Source: Octopus vulgaris (taxonomy: Eukaryota). From it: 64,000 bases of DNA. Where the stretch lies: assembly GCA_951406725.2 (NCBI GenBank), contig OX597819.1, positions 128,588,001-128,652,000 of the forward strand, read 5' to 3'. This document shows positions 12,549-25,000 of this stretch, piece after piece. Made by a program: the position numbers and the translations under genes. The notes below the pieces were generated by a model, which saw nothing but the letters and a program-made list of their open reading frames with translations, made no database searches and was not told where the DNA came from. Within the stretch, counting starts at the first letter, position 1. Every line of letters starts with the position of its first letter.

Positions 12549-15372
12549 CCATTGCTATAACAGTCTCTGGTTCTGTACTAAAGGGCTGTATACTATTTAA
12601 TTCCTCAACTTCACCTCATTTCTACAGTAAAATTACTCTTTACGCACATTAACCTTGAAAATTAAACTGACGGAAAATCCCTCTAATCGCTCTCATCTTA
12701 AAAAGGGATGCATTAGTTAATGTAGCATGATACACACAGTGTCTGAAGAAAGGTGAAATGGTCACAGCTGGATCATAGGTTTGTTGAATAAGGGCTAGCC
12801 AGGGGCTAAACATTAATTTTGTTGGAAGATATTCAGGATTAATGCTGCAGACCTTTTTGTTGTGAGAGTAAAAAGATCATCATCATCATCGTTTAACGTC
12901 TGCTTTCCATGCTATCATGGGTTGGACGGTTCAACTAGAGTCTGGGAAGCCAGGAGGCTGCACCAGGCACCAGTCTGATCTGGCAGTGTTTCTACAGCTG
13001 GATGCCCTTCCTAATGCCAACCACTCCGTGAGTGTAGTGGGTGCTTTTTACGTGCCAGGGGAGTCTGGCATCAGCCAAGATCGGTTGGTGCTTTTTACGT
13101 GCCACAAGATAATTGACCTTATTGTACCAAGTGGTATGAGATGGTTTATAGGTGCAGGCATGACTGTGGTAAGAAGTTTGCTTACTAACCGCATGATTTT
13201 CAGTTCAGTCTCACTTTGTGTCACTTTGGATGAGTGTCTTCAATTATAACCTTCGGTTGACCAAAAGCTTGTGAGTGGATTTGGTAGTCAGAAGCAAAAA
13301 GAAGTTAAGTGTGTGTCTTTGTGTTTGTGCCCCTCACCACTACTTGACTACTGGTGTTGGTTTATTTACATCCCCTGCACCATGCCTAGTATCTCTAATA
13401 ATAGGTTTCCTTCACAGTATTTGGGTTATGAGGTTATGGTAGAAGACATACATGCTGACAAGCCAAATATTGGGATTGAATCCAGAGCCACTTGATAGCA
13501 AACTAGACAGCTATGCCTGCACCCATATTGTGTGTAGTGCAGTAATTAACAAGCTAGTTAAAAGACCCTGTTAGTAATCAGTTGTTACACTCAGAATTTC
13601 CTTTCTTTATGATTTAAGTGCTCAATGTAATTAGCTCCCAAGAGGTTGCTATATTCCTGTGCTTTCACAAATATTGTTTGAATTTCTAGAATTGTCAGAC
13701 AGACTTTGACTCAGTGAATCAATCAACTCATGTGATTTACCTCCAGACCATGCACCCTAAATTCTTTCTTAAAGTTTCCTAGGATGTTTCGCCCAGAATC
13801 AGAACTGAGAACCATTTCATTTGTATATACGAAACCTTTAGGGGAATGCAACAACTTATTGTTGCTGTTTAGCCCCAGGTCGGTCCTGATTAAGGGCACT
13901 TAGGATCAAAAGCATAGGTGTACTTAAACAGCCCCATGAGTAGCCTATCTATTTTAAGTACCATATTTGCTGGTGTATAAACCGCACCCCTCGATTCTCG
14001 GTCCCCAACGGGGGAAAACCAGGAAATAACTGGGGCTTTGCATTCAAATATATGGACCGAGTGAAGTCGTAGTTGTGGCCAATGCCAGTGCTGCCTCACT
14101 GGCACCCATGCCAGTGGCACATAAAAGCACCCATTACAGTCTTAGAGTGGTTGATATTAGGAAGGGCATCCTGCTGTAGAAAGCCTTGCCAAATCAGATT
14201 GGAACCTGGTGCAGCCTCCTGGCTTGTCAGTCCTCAGTCAAACCGTCCAACCCATGCCAGCATGGAAAGCAAACATTAAACAACGATGATGATGATGAGT
14301 TCTGTGAGAATGGAACTGGATTATTAATTATCTGCTCAAATACCAAATTCCTTTAGAAATGTTTATATGTAGCGAACATTGCCTTTACAACCCATAGCAG
14401 CCAAATCACCTTCAAATCACATTCTATAATCTTAAAAAAAAGAAGGGATATGGAGCTCTCTTCCCATCTGACTTTACTGAAAAAATAATTACTGAATGTG
14501 GTAAAAGAATCCTTGCAATTTGCACTTGAAAAGTCTTAATTAGCAAGAAAAAAAAAAACTTGTTTTGTCTTAGGAATTATAATGGAAGGTGTAGAGAAAA
14601 TTAAAGGAATGTGATTAAGTGGATCTAAAAACATGATCTTTCAGTAGTGTTACATTTGCTATGTTATTGGTTGATAGAAACTTTGTAATTTTTTTTTTTG
14701 GTTTGCTAGATTTACATAGTGTATTTACTGGTTATATAGTTGTTAATTTGTTGTTGCTGTTATTTAACTCCGGTTCAGCCTTGTTTGAGAAAACCTTTGA
14801 ACACAATCTCACCAGCTCTGACTATCCCATTACATTAGTAATATGTCTACTACTAAATCTTACCCTTTTGAGATGACAGAGTACAGTGTGACAGGGATTT
14901 GGGTGTTATTTCTGACTGGTTGATTGACTAGGTGGTGTCTTCTCCATGAAAGAATGTTGAACAGCAAAAGCTGAGTTGAAATACAGCCAGTCGTTTTATA
15001 TTTATATATATATATATATATATGACTGGCTTCCGTATCGGTGGCACATAAAAACCACCAACCAATCGTGGCCGTTGCCAGCCTCCCCTGGCACCTGTGC
15101 TGGTGGCAAGTAAAAAGCACCCACTACATTCACGGAGTGGTTGGTGTTAGGAAGGGCATCCAGCTGTAGAAACACTGCCAGATCAGACTGGAGCCTGGTG
15201 CAGCCTCCTGGCTTCCCAGACCCCAGTTGAACTGTCCAACCCATGCTTGCATGGAAAACGGACATTGAACGATGATGATGATATATATATATATATATAT
15301 ATGTATAGATAGATATATTACATATATATATATATATAGATAGATAGATATATTACATATAGATAGATATAT

Positions 15373-15404
<32 letters not shown>

Positions 15405-15407
<3 letters not shown>

Positions 15408-15795
15408 TCATCATCGTTCAATGTCCGTTTTCCATGCAAGCAAGGGTTGGACAGTTCAACTGGGGTCTGGGACGCCAGGAGGCTGCACCAGGCTCCAGTC
15501 TGATCTGGCAGTGTTTCTACAGCTGGATGCCCTTCCTAACACCAACCACTCCGTGAATGTAGTGGGTGCTTTTTACTTGCCACCGGCACTGGTATCACAA
15601 CTACAATTTCCATTGAGTTCTTGATCGATTTCGATTTCGCTTGCCTCAACAGGTCTTCACAAACAGAGTTTTGTGTCCCAAGGAGGAAAGGTATGCATAA
15701 GTGGACTGGCTACATCCCAGGTAAAGGCCACAGGTTATGGTCCCACTTGTCCTGCCAGGTCTTCTCATGCACAGCATATTTCCAAAGGTCTCAAG
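15405..15795 (-). mobile_element. RTE LINE 3' portion with (GAT)n tail, tail-to-tail with the + copy at 15020-15281
   Basis: (CAT)n on + strand, family tail, then additional upstream element sequence. Confidence 0.75.
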
Positions 15796-16035
15796 ACAGA
15801 ATTGTATAACTTTTATATTTAAGTGTTGTTTGAGCAGGGATTTGTCTTGCTCCATTCACAGATCCAGGGGCAATGGTAGAAGTTCCATACATGCTTGTTT
15901 CTCTTTCTCCCTGGCTGGATCAATTATTTTGATAAGGGAAACTGGAAGATTCAGTATTTGATATTTCCTTCATTTTAATCTTATGTGTTCAAAAGATGAA
16001 TTTAAAATTTTTTTCTTCTGTTTTTTTCTCTATAG

Positions 16036-16089
16036 GACTTAGAAGACTTGGAAGCTTTGAGGCAAGCTGCTCTTGCAACAGTGAAAGCA
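16036..16089 (+). CDS. Coding exon A: DLEDLEALRQAALATVKA
   Basis: Acceptor tttttttctctatAG, donor GTAAGT, phase 0/0. Confidence 0.85.
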
Positions 16090-19000
16090 GTAAGTATATC
16101 CCCATATAAATTTCAGTTTTAGTCTTTAGTTGATGACTTTAAATATTGCTACTGTTTTAGTTCCAGGTCCTTCTCAGTTGAGATCTTTGATGTTAATAAT
16201 TTCAGTCATTTGTCTATTTTTGGAGACATTTTACGCCTGTTTACATTATCTAGCATGTATTTCTTTTCTCAGATGGAATAGCATGATTTGAGGGAGATTG
16301 GATGCCATTTCTTATAGGTTGAACAACAGTTTAGACACTCGTGTATTTGCTTGTTAGTAACATTGGTGAAGGTTCCGTCTCCAATTTTTAAAAATTTTGT
16401 ATTGCAATGTTTTTTGTTTTCATGCCACAATATTCAACACAATCTGTCAAAGAAAGATTCTCATATTGGAGTGAAGCTCCTTGAAACCAAGGATATATTA
16501 GATAACAAATAAACCATTCCTAAATAAAAGGCAAAGGATACCTTTCATCAGCTTCATCATCATCATCATCATCATCGTTTAACGTCCGCTTTCCATGCTA
16601 GCATGGGTTGGACGATTTTGATTGAGGGCTGGCAAACCAGATGGCTGCACCAGGCTCCAATCTTGATCTGGCAGAGTTTCTACAGCTGGATGCCGTTCCT
16701 AACGCCAACCATTCCGAGAGTGTAGTGGGTGCTTTTTACGTGCCACCAGCACGGGGGCCAGTCAGGCGGTACTGGCAATGACCTCGCTCGAATCTTTTTA
16801 CATGTGCCACCAGCACAAGTGCCAGTGAAGCGACGTTGGTAACGATCACGCTTGAATGGTACCCTTTATGGAAGCCAGTTGGCTGCTCTAGCAACGCTCA
16901 TGCTCGGATGGTGCTCTTGGCACCCTACTAGCATGGGTACAAGTGCCAGTAAGGTGACGCTGGTAACGATCATACTCGAATGGTGTCCTTTTTTATGTAC
17001 CGCTGGCACTTTGTATAATAATTTGAATTATAATGTGAGAGTACTTTTGGTTTCTGGTCATCAGTTCATGAAAACAAAAGGATACATTCCATTTCTTTCT
17101 GAGTATCATATTTCAGTTTTACACACACACACACACGTGCGTGTGCTTTTGGGCTACATTGGAACTTAACCATTTTTTTAACAGAATATTTTTTATGAGC
17201 CAATGAAAGAACATATTTGTTGTTGTTTAACCCCAGTTTAGCCTGAATCAAGCAGAGCTATGAGTAAAGGCATTTCAGTTATAACAGCATCCCCTTTGTA
17301 TTTGTATGTGCGGGGACCCCGCATTACATCATCCAGTGTCTTTTTTTTAAGACTATGTGATTTGAAGGAGACTTGGCTGCTGCTTCAGATAAGCTGAGAA
17401 ACTACATAGAAACTCATCCTTATTGGTACTGTGTAGTTAATTGATCTTTGAAATATGAACCAAACATCTCTCAGATTGCACTCAGAATTGCATTTCAGAA
17501 AGGGAAATCTCATTAGATAAGTGATGCACTAGCAAGGAGAATGGGAGGGTCTGTATTAGAGTATCTTTGACCATAATTCTGCTTAAACAGGTACTTACTT
17601 GTACTTGTGGCGATATTCACCCTGCTCGGGTTGTGTCGGCTTCTTCTACCACCCTTGAGGCATCTCGAACCATGGCGGTGGAAGAATTTTCCTGGGAATA
17701 TGGATTTCACAAGCAGTCCCCAACAATCCCGCATGCAGAGACATCCTGTTTGCCGCAGATTGTCCGCAGACGCAGGGACAGTACGACCGAGGAGCTGCCG
17801 GTTGCCGAAACAGACACTCCGAGGATTTTCACCAGAGCCCCGTCTGCCGGGTTGTGTCCCGAATACCACTCAGTGTCAGATCAATCCGCCTTGGGTGGCC
17901 CTACCACGAACCAAAGTTCCCGACGGCATAGCTCTGACACTACCCGTTGCCAGTGTCCCCACCATGGTGAGGAGGGGATGGACGTTTTCTTTTTAATGAC
18001 CTTTATACTTCACATGAACAACAGTATTTCCTTAATTACAAAATGTCTGTATTATTACTGATGTGTGAGGCACAAACATTGGATTAGAAGGAGGAACATT
18101 TTCTTTATGTATATATTTTAAAATATGCTAAACATCTTCAGCTGAGTTGAAACTGAGCCAAGAGATACATTTAGGTATATTTATATTTCTGTTTGAATGC
18201 TGCACTTGAAGACAGTCTGAGGATGTTTATATTCTAATTTGAAACATAGTTTAGACAAATGTAAATGATTAGGTTAATAGTTTAAATAACTTGGATCTTT
18301 ATAAACAGTAGTTAAGTTAGTGTTATTGCAGAAAGTAGTATGAAGTAGAAATAACTAATAATGATAAAGTGATGGGAAAAAAATAGTCTTTTTCTCAGTT
18401 TCTTTGCAAAGTATAGCTTTCACTGAGTTTTCTGAAGTAATGATGAAAGAACCATTAAATATACGTAAAAAAATGTACACGTATTGGCATAGAAAAATAG
18501 AATAGTTAAGAAGGCGGCAAGCTGGCAGAAATGTTAGCACGCCGGGCGAAATGCGTAGCCGTATTTCGTCTGCCGTTACGATCTGAGTTCAAATTCCGCT
18601 GAGGTTGACTTTGCCTTTCATCCTTTCGGGGTCGATTAAATAAGTACCAGTTACGCACTGGGGTCGATGTAATCGACTTAATCTGTTTGTCCCCTCTATG
18701 TTTAGCCCCTTGTGAGCAATAAAGAAATAAGAAAAATAGAATCACTGGAAGAAAAAGTATCTCAGACATTATCCACGTGGAAAACATTAAGTTTTTGTTA
18801 ACATATGCAGAGAATATCAAAAAATTAAAACTGGAACTTTTTGTGTTAAAAAATCTCCAGCTGACTAAAGCCTTGTGAGTGGATTTGGTAGACAAAAACT
18901 GAAAGAAACTCATTGTGTGTCTGTGTTTGTCATCTCCCCTCCACTTACTGCTTGATAACCTGTTTCGGTGTGTTTACATTGCCATAACTTAGTGGTTCAG

Positions 19001-22000
19001 CAAAAGAGATCAATAGAATAAGTGCCAAGTTTAAAAAAAAACGTACTGGGTCAATTCATTTGACTCAAACTTCTTCAAGGCAGTGGCCCAGCATGGCCAC
19101 AGTCTAATGACTGAAACAAGGAAAAAGATGAAATTTAGTGTTGCTAAATAATTTATTTGTTTATATACTTTCCTTTTTAAGTATCTATTTTTGATTATTT
19201 TTCTTTTTTTTTTAATAAATCTTTCAGCGAACAAAGGATGTGCCCGCTTGTGATCAGTCTATTGCTGGTAAAGTTTCCTTTGGAAATGAAGATGGTGATG
19301 ATGACCTTTTAGCACTCAGAGAAGCTGCACTGAAAAGTAAGGGACGTACAGCTACTGTTGATCCGGTAGATAAAGTAAGTATTTGCTGTTTGTTACGTTT
19401 TTACTGGATTAACTAAATTCCTTCTTTTAAACTATTCTAGCTCTATGACCTGGCGTTGCCGGGTCATAGTGCTAGTGCATGCATATACATTTTGATTGGG
19501 TTTGGGATAGAAAATTCACAAAAAAGTCACTTCTACTGATTTTTTAATGGCTTTGCGGGGTGACTGGAGAAATGTAAAGATGTGCACGACCACTCTTGGA
19601 CGGTTTTGAATGACCATAGAAAGTGCGAGCCCTCTAACTGAAATATTGTGGATTTGTATAAAGGATACACATACACACAGGCAGACATTTTGCCGTTTAT
19701 ATATATAGAGATTAGCTGTTTCAGATTATTCTTCATTGAATAACATTCAGACTTTCAACACTGACCAAAAAGCACTTTTCCAAATCCTTCCACTCAGCTA
19801 TTGTATCTTTTACCTGTTTCCTTCCGCTGGGATTGGCACTTAATCTGAATGGTAGACTAAATCTGACACTGTATTTAAAAACCAACTCTACTTAATCCTT
19901 GGCTGTCTTTTGTTCAGCTCCTATTGCAAGCATTCAGACCAGGTTTCCACTTTGAAGATTTGTTGATAATGAAATGTGCTTCTTTATTCTGCAACAATCC
20001 AGAAATGGGGGTTTTCATTCACTCTTCTCCCTACCTACCGCAGAAGCTCAGCAAAAGGTCAAGGTCATTACTTCTCTACCAACTCAGCCATACTTTTTCA
20101 CTCCCTTGATTTTGCTCCCTTGTTAATTCCATTCATCCCTCCACTTTGCATAAATCCTTAGTAAAACAGTCCTCTATTCTGTTTATATTGTAATCTTTTG
20201 TAGTCATTTAAAACAGTAGTAAATGTCTCCATCTTCCTCTCTATGTAAGAATTTTCTATCCTGTTTCTTTCATTAGTTGCTTCTTTCCTCTTGTTAGCAG
20301 CCTAATTCTAAGATTAAATCATTATCATCATCATCATCATCATCGTTTAACGTCCGCTTTCCATGCTAGCATGGGTTGGACGGTTCAACTGGGGTCTGTG
20401 AAGCCAGAAGGCTGCATCAGGCCCAGTCTGATCTGGCAGTGTTTCTATGGCTGGATGCCCTTCCTAACGCCAACCACTCCATGAGTGTAGTGGGTGCTTT
20501 TTACGTGCCACCGGCACGGGGGCCAGGCAAGGCTGGCAACGGCCACGAACGGATGGTGCTTTTATGTGCCACCGGCACGGGTCCAGGCGAGGCTGGCAAT
20601 GGCCACGAACGGATGGTGCTACGTGCCACCAAAACGGGGGCCAGGCAAGGCTGGCAACGGCCACGAACGGATGGTGCTTTTACGTGCCACCGACACGGGG
20701 GCCAGGCGAGGCTGGCAATGGCCATGAACGGATGGTGCTACGTGCCACCAAAACGGGGGCCAGGCCAGGCAAGGCTGGCAATGGCCACGAACGGATGGTG
20801 CTTTTACGTGCCACCAAAACGAGTGCCAGGTGAGGCTGGCAACGGCCACGAACGGATGGTGGTTTTTGTTTTTTCTTGTTACATCATTTTAGAGATGCAG
20901 CACAAAATTTTGTCAATGAACAGGTCATCGCGGTCTCAAAGCGACGAAAATATTTTGACAAATTAAATTTAAATGTTGAAGTAAATCTAACAGCTTTTGT
21001 GTGTTTCTTAAATGGCTTACAAACACCTTCCACACTGCATTTCAGTCAGTTTATCGAATTAATGTTGTGTTAGTCTTTGAATTAATTAATTGAGTTAATT
21101 ATTGAATTAATCAAGTATTACTATAACAAGTTATTTTCATTGTCTTCAAGAAATTTTCTACCCTTCCCTCCCTTTTGCTCTGTATTGGATGTAGAATTGT
21201 TTAGAACTGATAGAGCAAACCTTTATTAAAGGATAACATATTGAAGAACTCAAAGAAAAAGTTGGCTGTAATCAGCTGATATTTAGTTTAAGTTCATATT
21301 TCTTTTTGTATTTAATAATAGTCTTAAATTTTGACCCTTTAACACTGTTTTGATAACATGTTGACTTTGAAAATGTAACATGAAGGAAATTGTATATATT
21401 TATCTTGATCGTGTTTTATCACCTAATTTCTAATCTGTTGAAAATTGTTCCTATATTCCAGGCAAAAGACATCTTTCTTAAACAGAAACATGCAAAAAAG
21501 AATCCTCAGCATAAACTGAACCCTTACACTTCACAGAGAAACGGTAGCTGGAGAAAAACAGCATCAGAGCGCCGCCAAAGGCATTTGATTGTTATTCCAC
21601 TAGAATCTTCACGTGCTGGTTCCCTGGGGACCGAGGATTCAGCTTCAAGTTTGAAAGTTGTGGTTCCTCCAGAGAATCTGGCGAGTGAGCCATGTGACAG
21701 TAAGTCAACAAAAGAGCAATCTGACGGCACAGCAGAATCGACGACAGATGAATCATGTCTTGTCAAAAAAAGTAAGAACTTATATCTGCATATTAATGTG
21801 TGTGTGTGTGTAGCTACGCAAAAGACTACTCAATTTTTGGTTGTAGAATGTATCATCATCATCATACGTCTGTTTTCCATGCTAGCAGCTAGCATGGGTT
21901 GGACGGTTCGACTGGGGTCTAGGAAGCCAGGAGGCTGCACCAGGCTCCAGTCTGATCTGACAGTGTTTCTACAGCTGGATGCCCTTCCTAAAGCCAACCA

Positions 22001-25000
22001 TTCCGTGAGTGTAATGGGTGCTTTTTTATGTGCCAGGGTAGGTTGGCAATGACCACGGATGGTTGGTGCTTTTTATGTGCCACCGGCACAGAAGCCAGTC
22101 AAGGCGGCGCTGGCATCGGCCACGTATGGATGGTGCTCTTTGGGTGCCACGGGCACAGGTACCAGGGGAGGCTGGCAATGGCCTAGAAAGCAGCTGATTT
22201 GCTTTGTTGAAACTCAAGTTTCCTACTATGTGTGGTTGTTGCCCGAATTTTTCACCGAGTGAATCCTCAGCAGCCTCATATAATGGTAGTCGACTGCTTT
22301 GTGGTACTTACCTTTTATTTGTCACCAGACTGCAGCAATGTTGGGGTCCCTTCTTTAAGGGTTTAGTTGAACAAATCGACCTCCAGTACATATTTTTTTT
22401 CTTCTAAGCCTGACACTCATTTTAACAGTCTTTTTTGCCAAACTGCTAGATTACAAGAATGTAAACAAACGAACATTGGTTGCTAAGTAGTGAAGGGGGT
22501 CAAAGATGAGTGCGTGTATGCACACACGCACTCACACACACACACACATATCAGCCCTCTTTCAGTTTCTGTCTACCAAATCCACTTGCATGGCTTGTTG
22601 AAAGGTTAATGTTTGATAGAAGGACAAGCGCTATATGGCTGAAGGAGATAAGAGGAAATTAGTGATCAGCTGCTGGAACAAATTCAAGGAACAAGAAGGT
22701 GAGAATGAGAACAGGTGGATAATAGGTCATGGGAGGGGATTAGAGAATCATCATGGGTAAAACCAGTATATTGGAGGGTAAGGTGGGAGATATAGGAGTG
22801 GCCCCCGGAAGGCGAATAGAACAGTAAGAGAATAATGTGCAAAGTGTAAGTGTTGTGGAGAAGGAGATATAGGGATATGTAAGGGGCTGTTGTAGGTGGG
22901 TTATGATGGTAGATATGGGATGACATTGAAAATGATAGCTGATAGGAGGTATGTTTAAAATGGAGTATAGCAGAGGTGGGTGGAGAAAGAGAAAGAGCTG
23001 TGGCTGAAGGCACAGAAAGGAGGTGATTGGTTGAGATAGCGTGAGCAATGATGGTGAGGAATGGAAGTAGTATGTGGGGAACGGGGACGTTTGGAATTGA
23101 TTGGATGTAATGTGGCTCTGTGGTAAGTTGCTTGCTTACGAGCCACATGGTTCCGGGTTCAGTCCCACTGCGTGGCACCTTCGGCAAGTGCCTTCTACTA
23201 TAGCCTCGGGTCGACCAAAGCCTTGTGAGTGGATTTGGTAGACGGAAACTGAAAGAAGCCCGTCGTATATATGCATATATATATATGTATGTGTGTGTAT
23301 ATGTTTGCGTGTCTGTGTTTGTCCCCCCACCCAACATCGCTTGACAACTGATGCTGGTGTGTTTACGTCCCCGTCACTTAGCCGTTAGGCAAAAGAGACC
23401 TATAGAATAAGTACTGGGCTTACAATGAATAAGTCCTGGGGTCAATTTGCTCGACTAAAGGCGGTGCTCCAGCATGGCCACAGTCAAATGACTGAAACAA
23501 GTAAAAGAGTAAAGAGTATACTGCTCTTGTACAGCAGCTGTGTATCACCATAGATGGTGGGGAGGAGTGCTTGCCATGCCACGGAGGTGGAGATTAGACT
23601 TTGCATGGACAAGCATAACTGAGTGATTTTAGGATATCATTTTTGCTGCAAGGGGCAGGTTTTCTTGAGCACAGCAAAATGTCAATCATATCAGTCGTTT
23701 GTCATCTCCTCTGTGAGGCTCAAAATCTTGAAATCGGCCTTCAATACTTGATCCCATGTCTTTCTGGGTCCCTCTCTTCTCCATGAGTTCCATCGACTTC
23801 AAGCAGTCAACACTTCTAAATGCTGCTGTCTTCATCATCATCATCATCATCATCATCATCGTTTAACGTCCGCTTTCCATGCTAGCATGGGTTGGACGAT
23901 TTTGACTGAGGGCTGGCGAACCAGATGGCTGCACCAGGCTCCAATCCTGATTTGGCAGAGTTTCTACAGCTGGATGCCCTTCCTAACGCCAACCACTCCG
24001 AGAGTGTAGCAGGTGCTTTTTGCGTGCCACCGGCATGGGAGCCAGTCAGGCGGTACTGGCAATGACCTTGCTTGAATCCTTTTACACATGCCACTGGCAC
24101 AGGTGCCAGTGAAGCGACATTGGTAACGATCACGCTCGAATGGTGCCCTTTTACGTGCCACAGGTACGGAAGCCAGTTGGCTGCTCTGGCAACGATCACA
24201 CTTGAATGGTGCCCTTTTACGTGCCACAGGTACGGAAGCCAGTTGGCTACTCTGGCATCGATCACGCTCGGATGGTGCTCTTGGCACCCTACTAGCACAT
24301 GCACAAGTGCCAGTAAGGCGACGCTGGTAACGATCATACCCGAATGGTGCCCTTTTATGTGCCACTCGCACGGAAGCTGGTTAGCCGCTCTATCAACGAT
24401 TACACTTGTATGGTGCTCTTTGCACCCCGCTAGCACGGATGCCAGTCATTGAATTAATTATGATTCTATAATGCAATTCCATGAGCAAACCAGTGCAGTC
24501 TTCTCCCTTGCATTCTACATTTGCTTCCTCTTAAACACAACTGTTCTTCCAATGTATTTGCTCTTTGCCATATATGCACACTAACATTGCATGTCCAATG
24601 GAGCATATTAGCTTCATTGCTATCTTGTTCCACGTCTTCTTCATTCAGAGCCCACATCTCACTATCTGTAGCATCACTATACATATGGCAAGCATTATAC
24701 AATCTGCCTTTCACTTACAGAGACCTTTTGTTGCCCACAGAGGTAACAGCTCTCTGAACTTTCTCCATCCTATTCTTATTTTAGCAACTATACTTTCAGA
24801 ACATCCTCCTCTACTACTAATTAGGTTGCCTAATTCTTATTCATTAGACTGCAATTAAGTAAGTAAAAAATGTACTTTAGCATTAGAGGTATTCATGCCA
24901 CCCCGTGCTGGTGGCACGTAAAAAGCACCAACTATATTCTCGGAGTGGTTGGCGTTAGGAAGGGCATCCAGCTGTAGAAACTCTGCCAGATCAAGATTGG

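Noticed and set aside
18210-18260. Hammerhead-like CTGAGGA...GAAAC on + strand
   Set aside because: No convincing stem I, II or III
20493-20857. CRISPR-like regular repeats (also 9834-10505 and 24020-24450)
   Set aside because: Units are contiguous with no unique spacers, no cas genes, eukaryotic context
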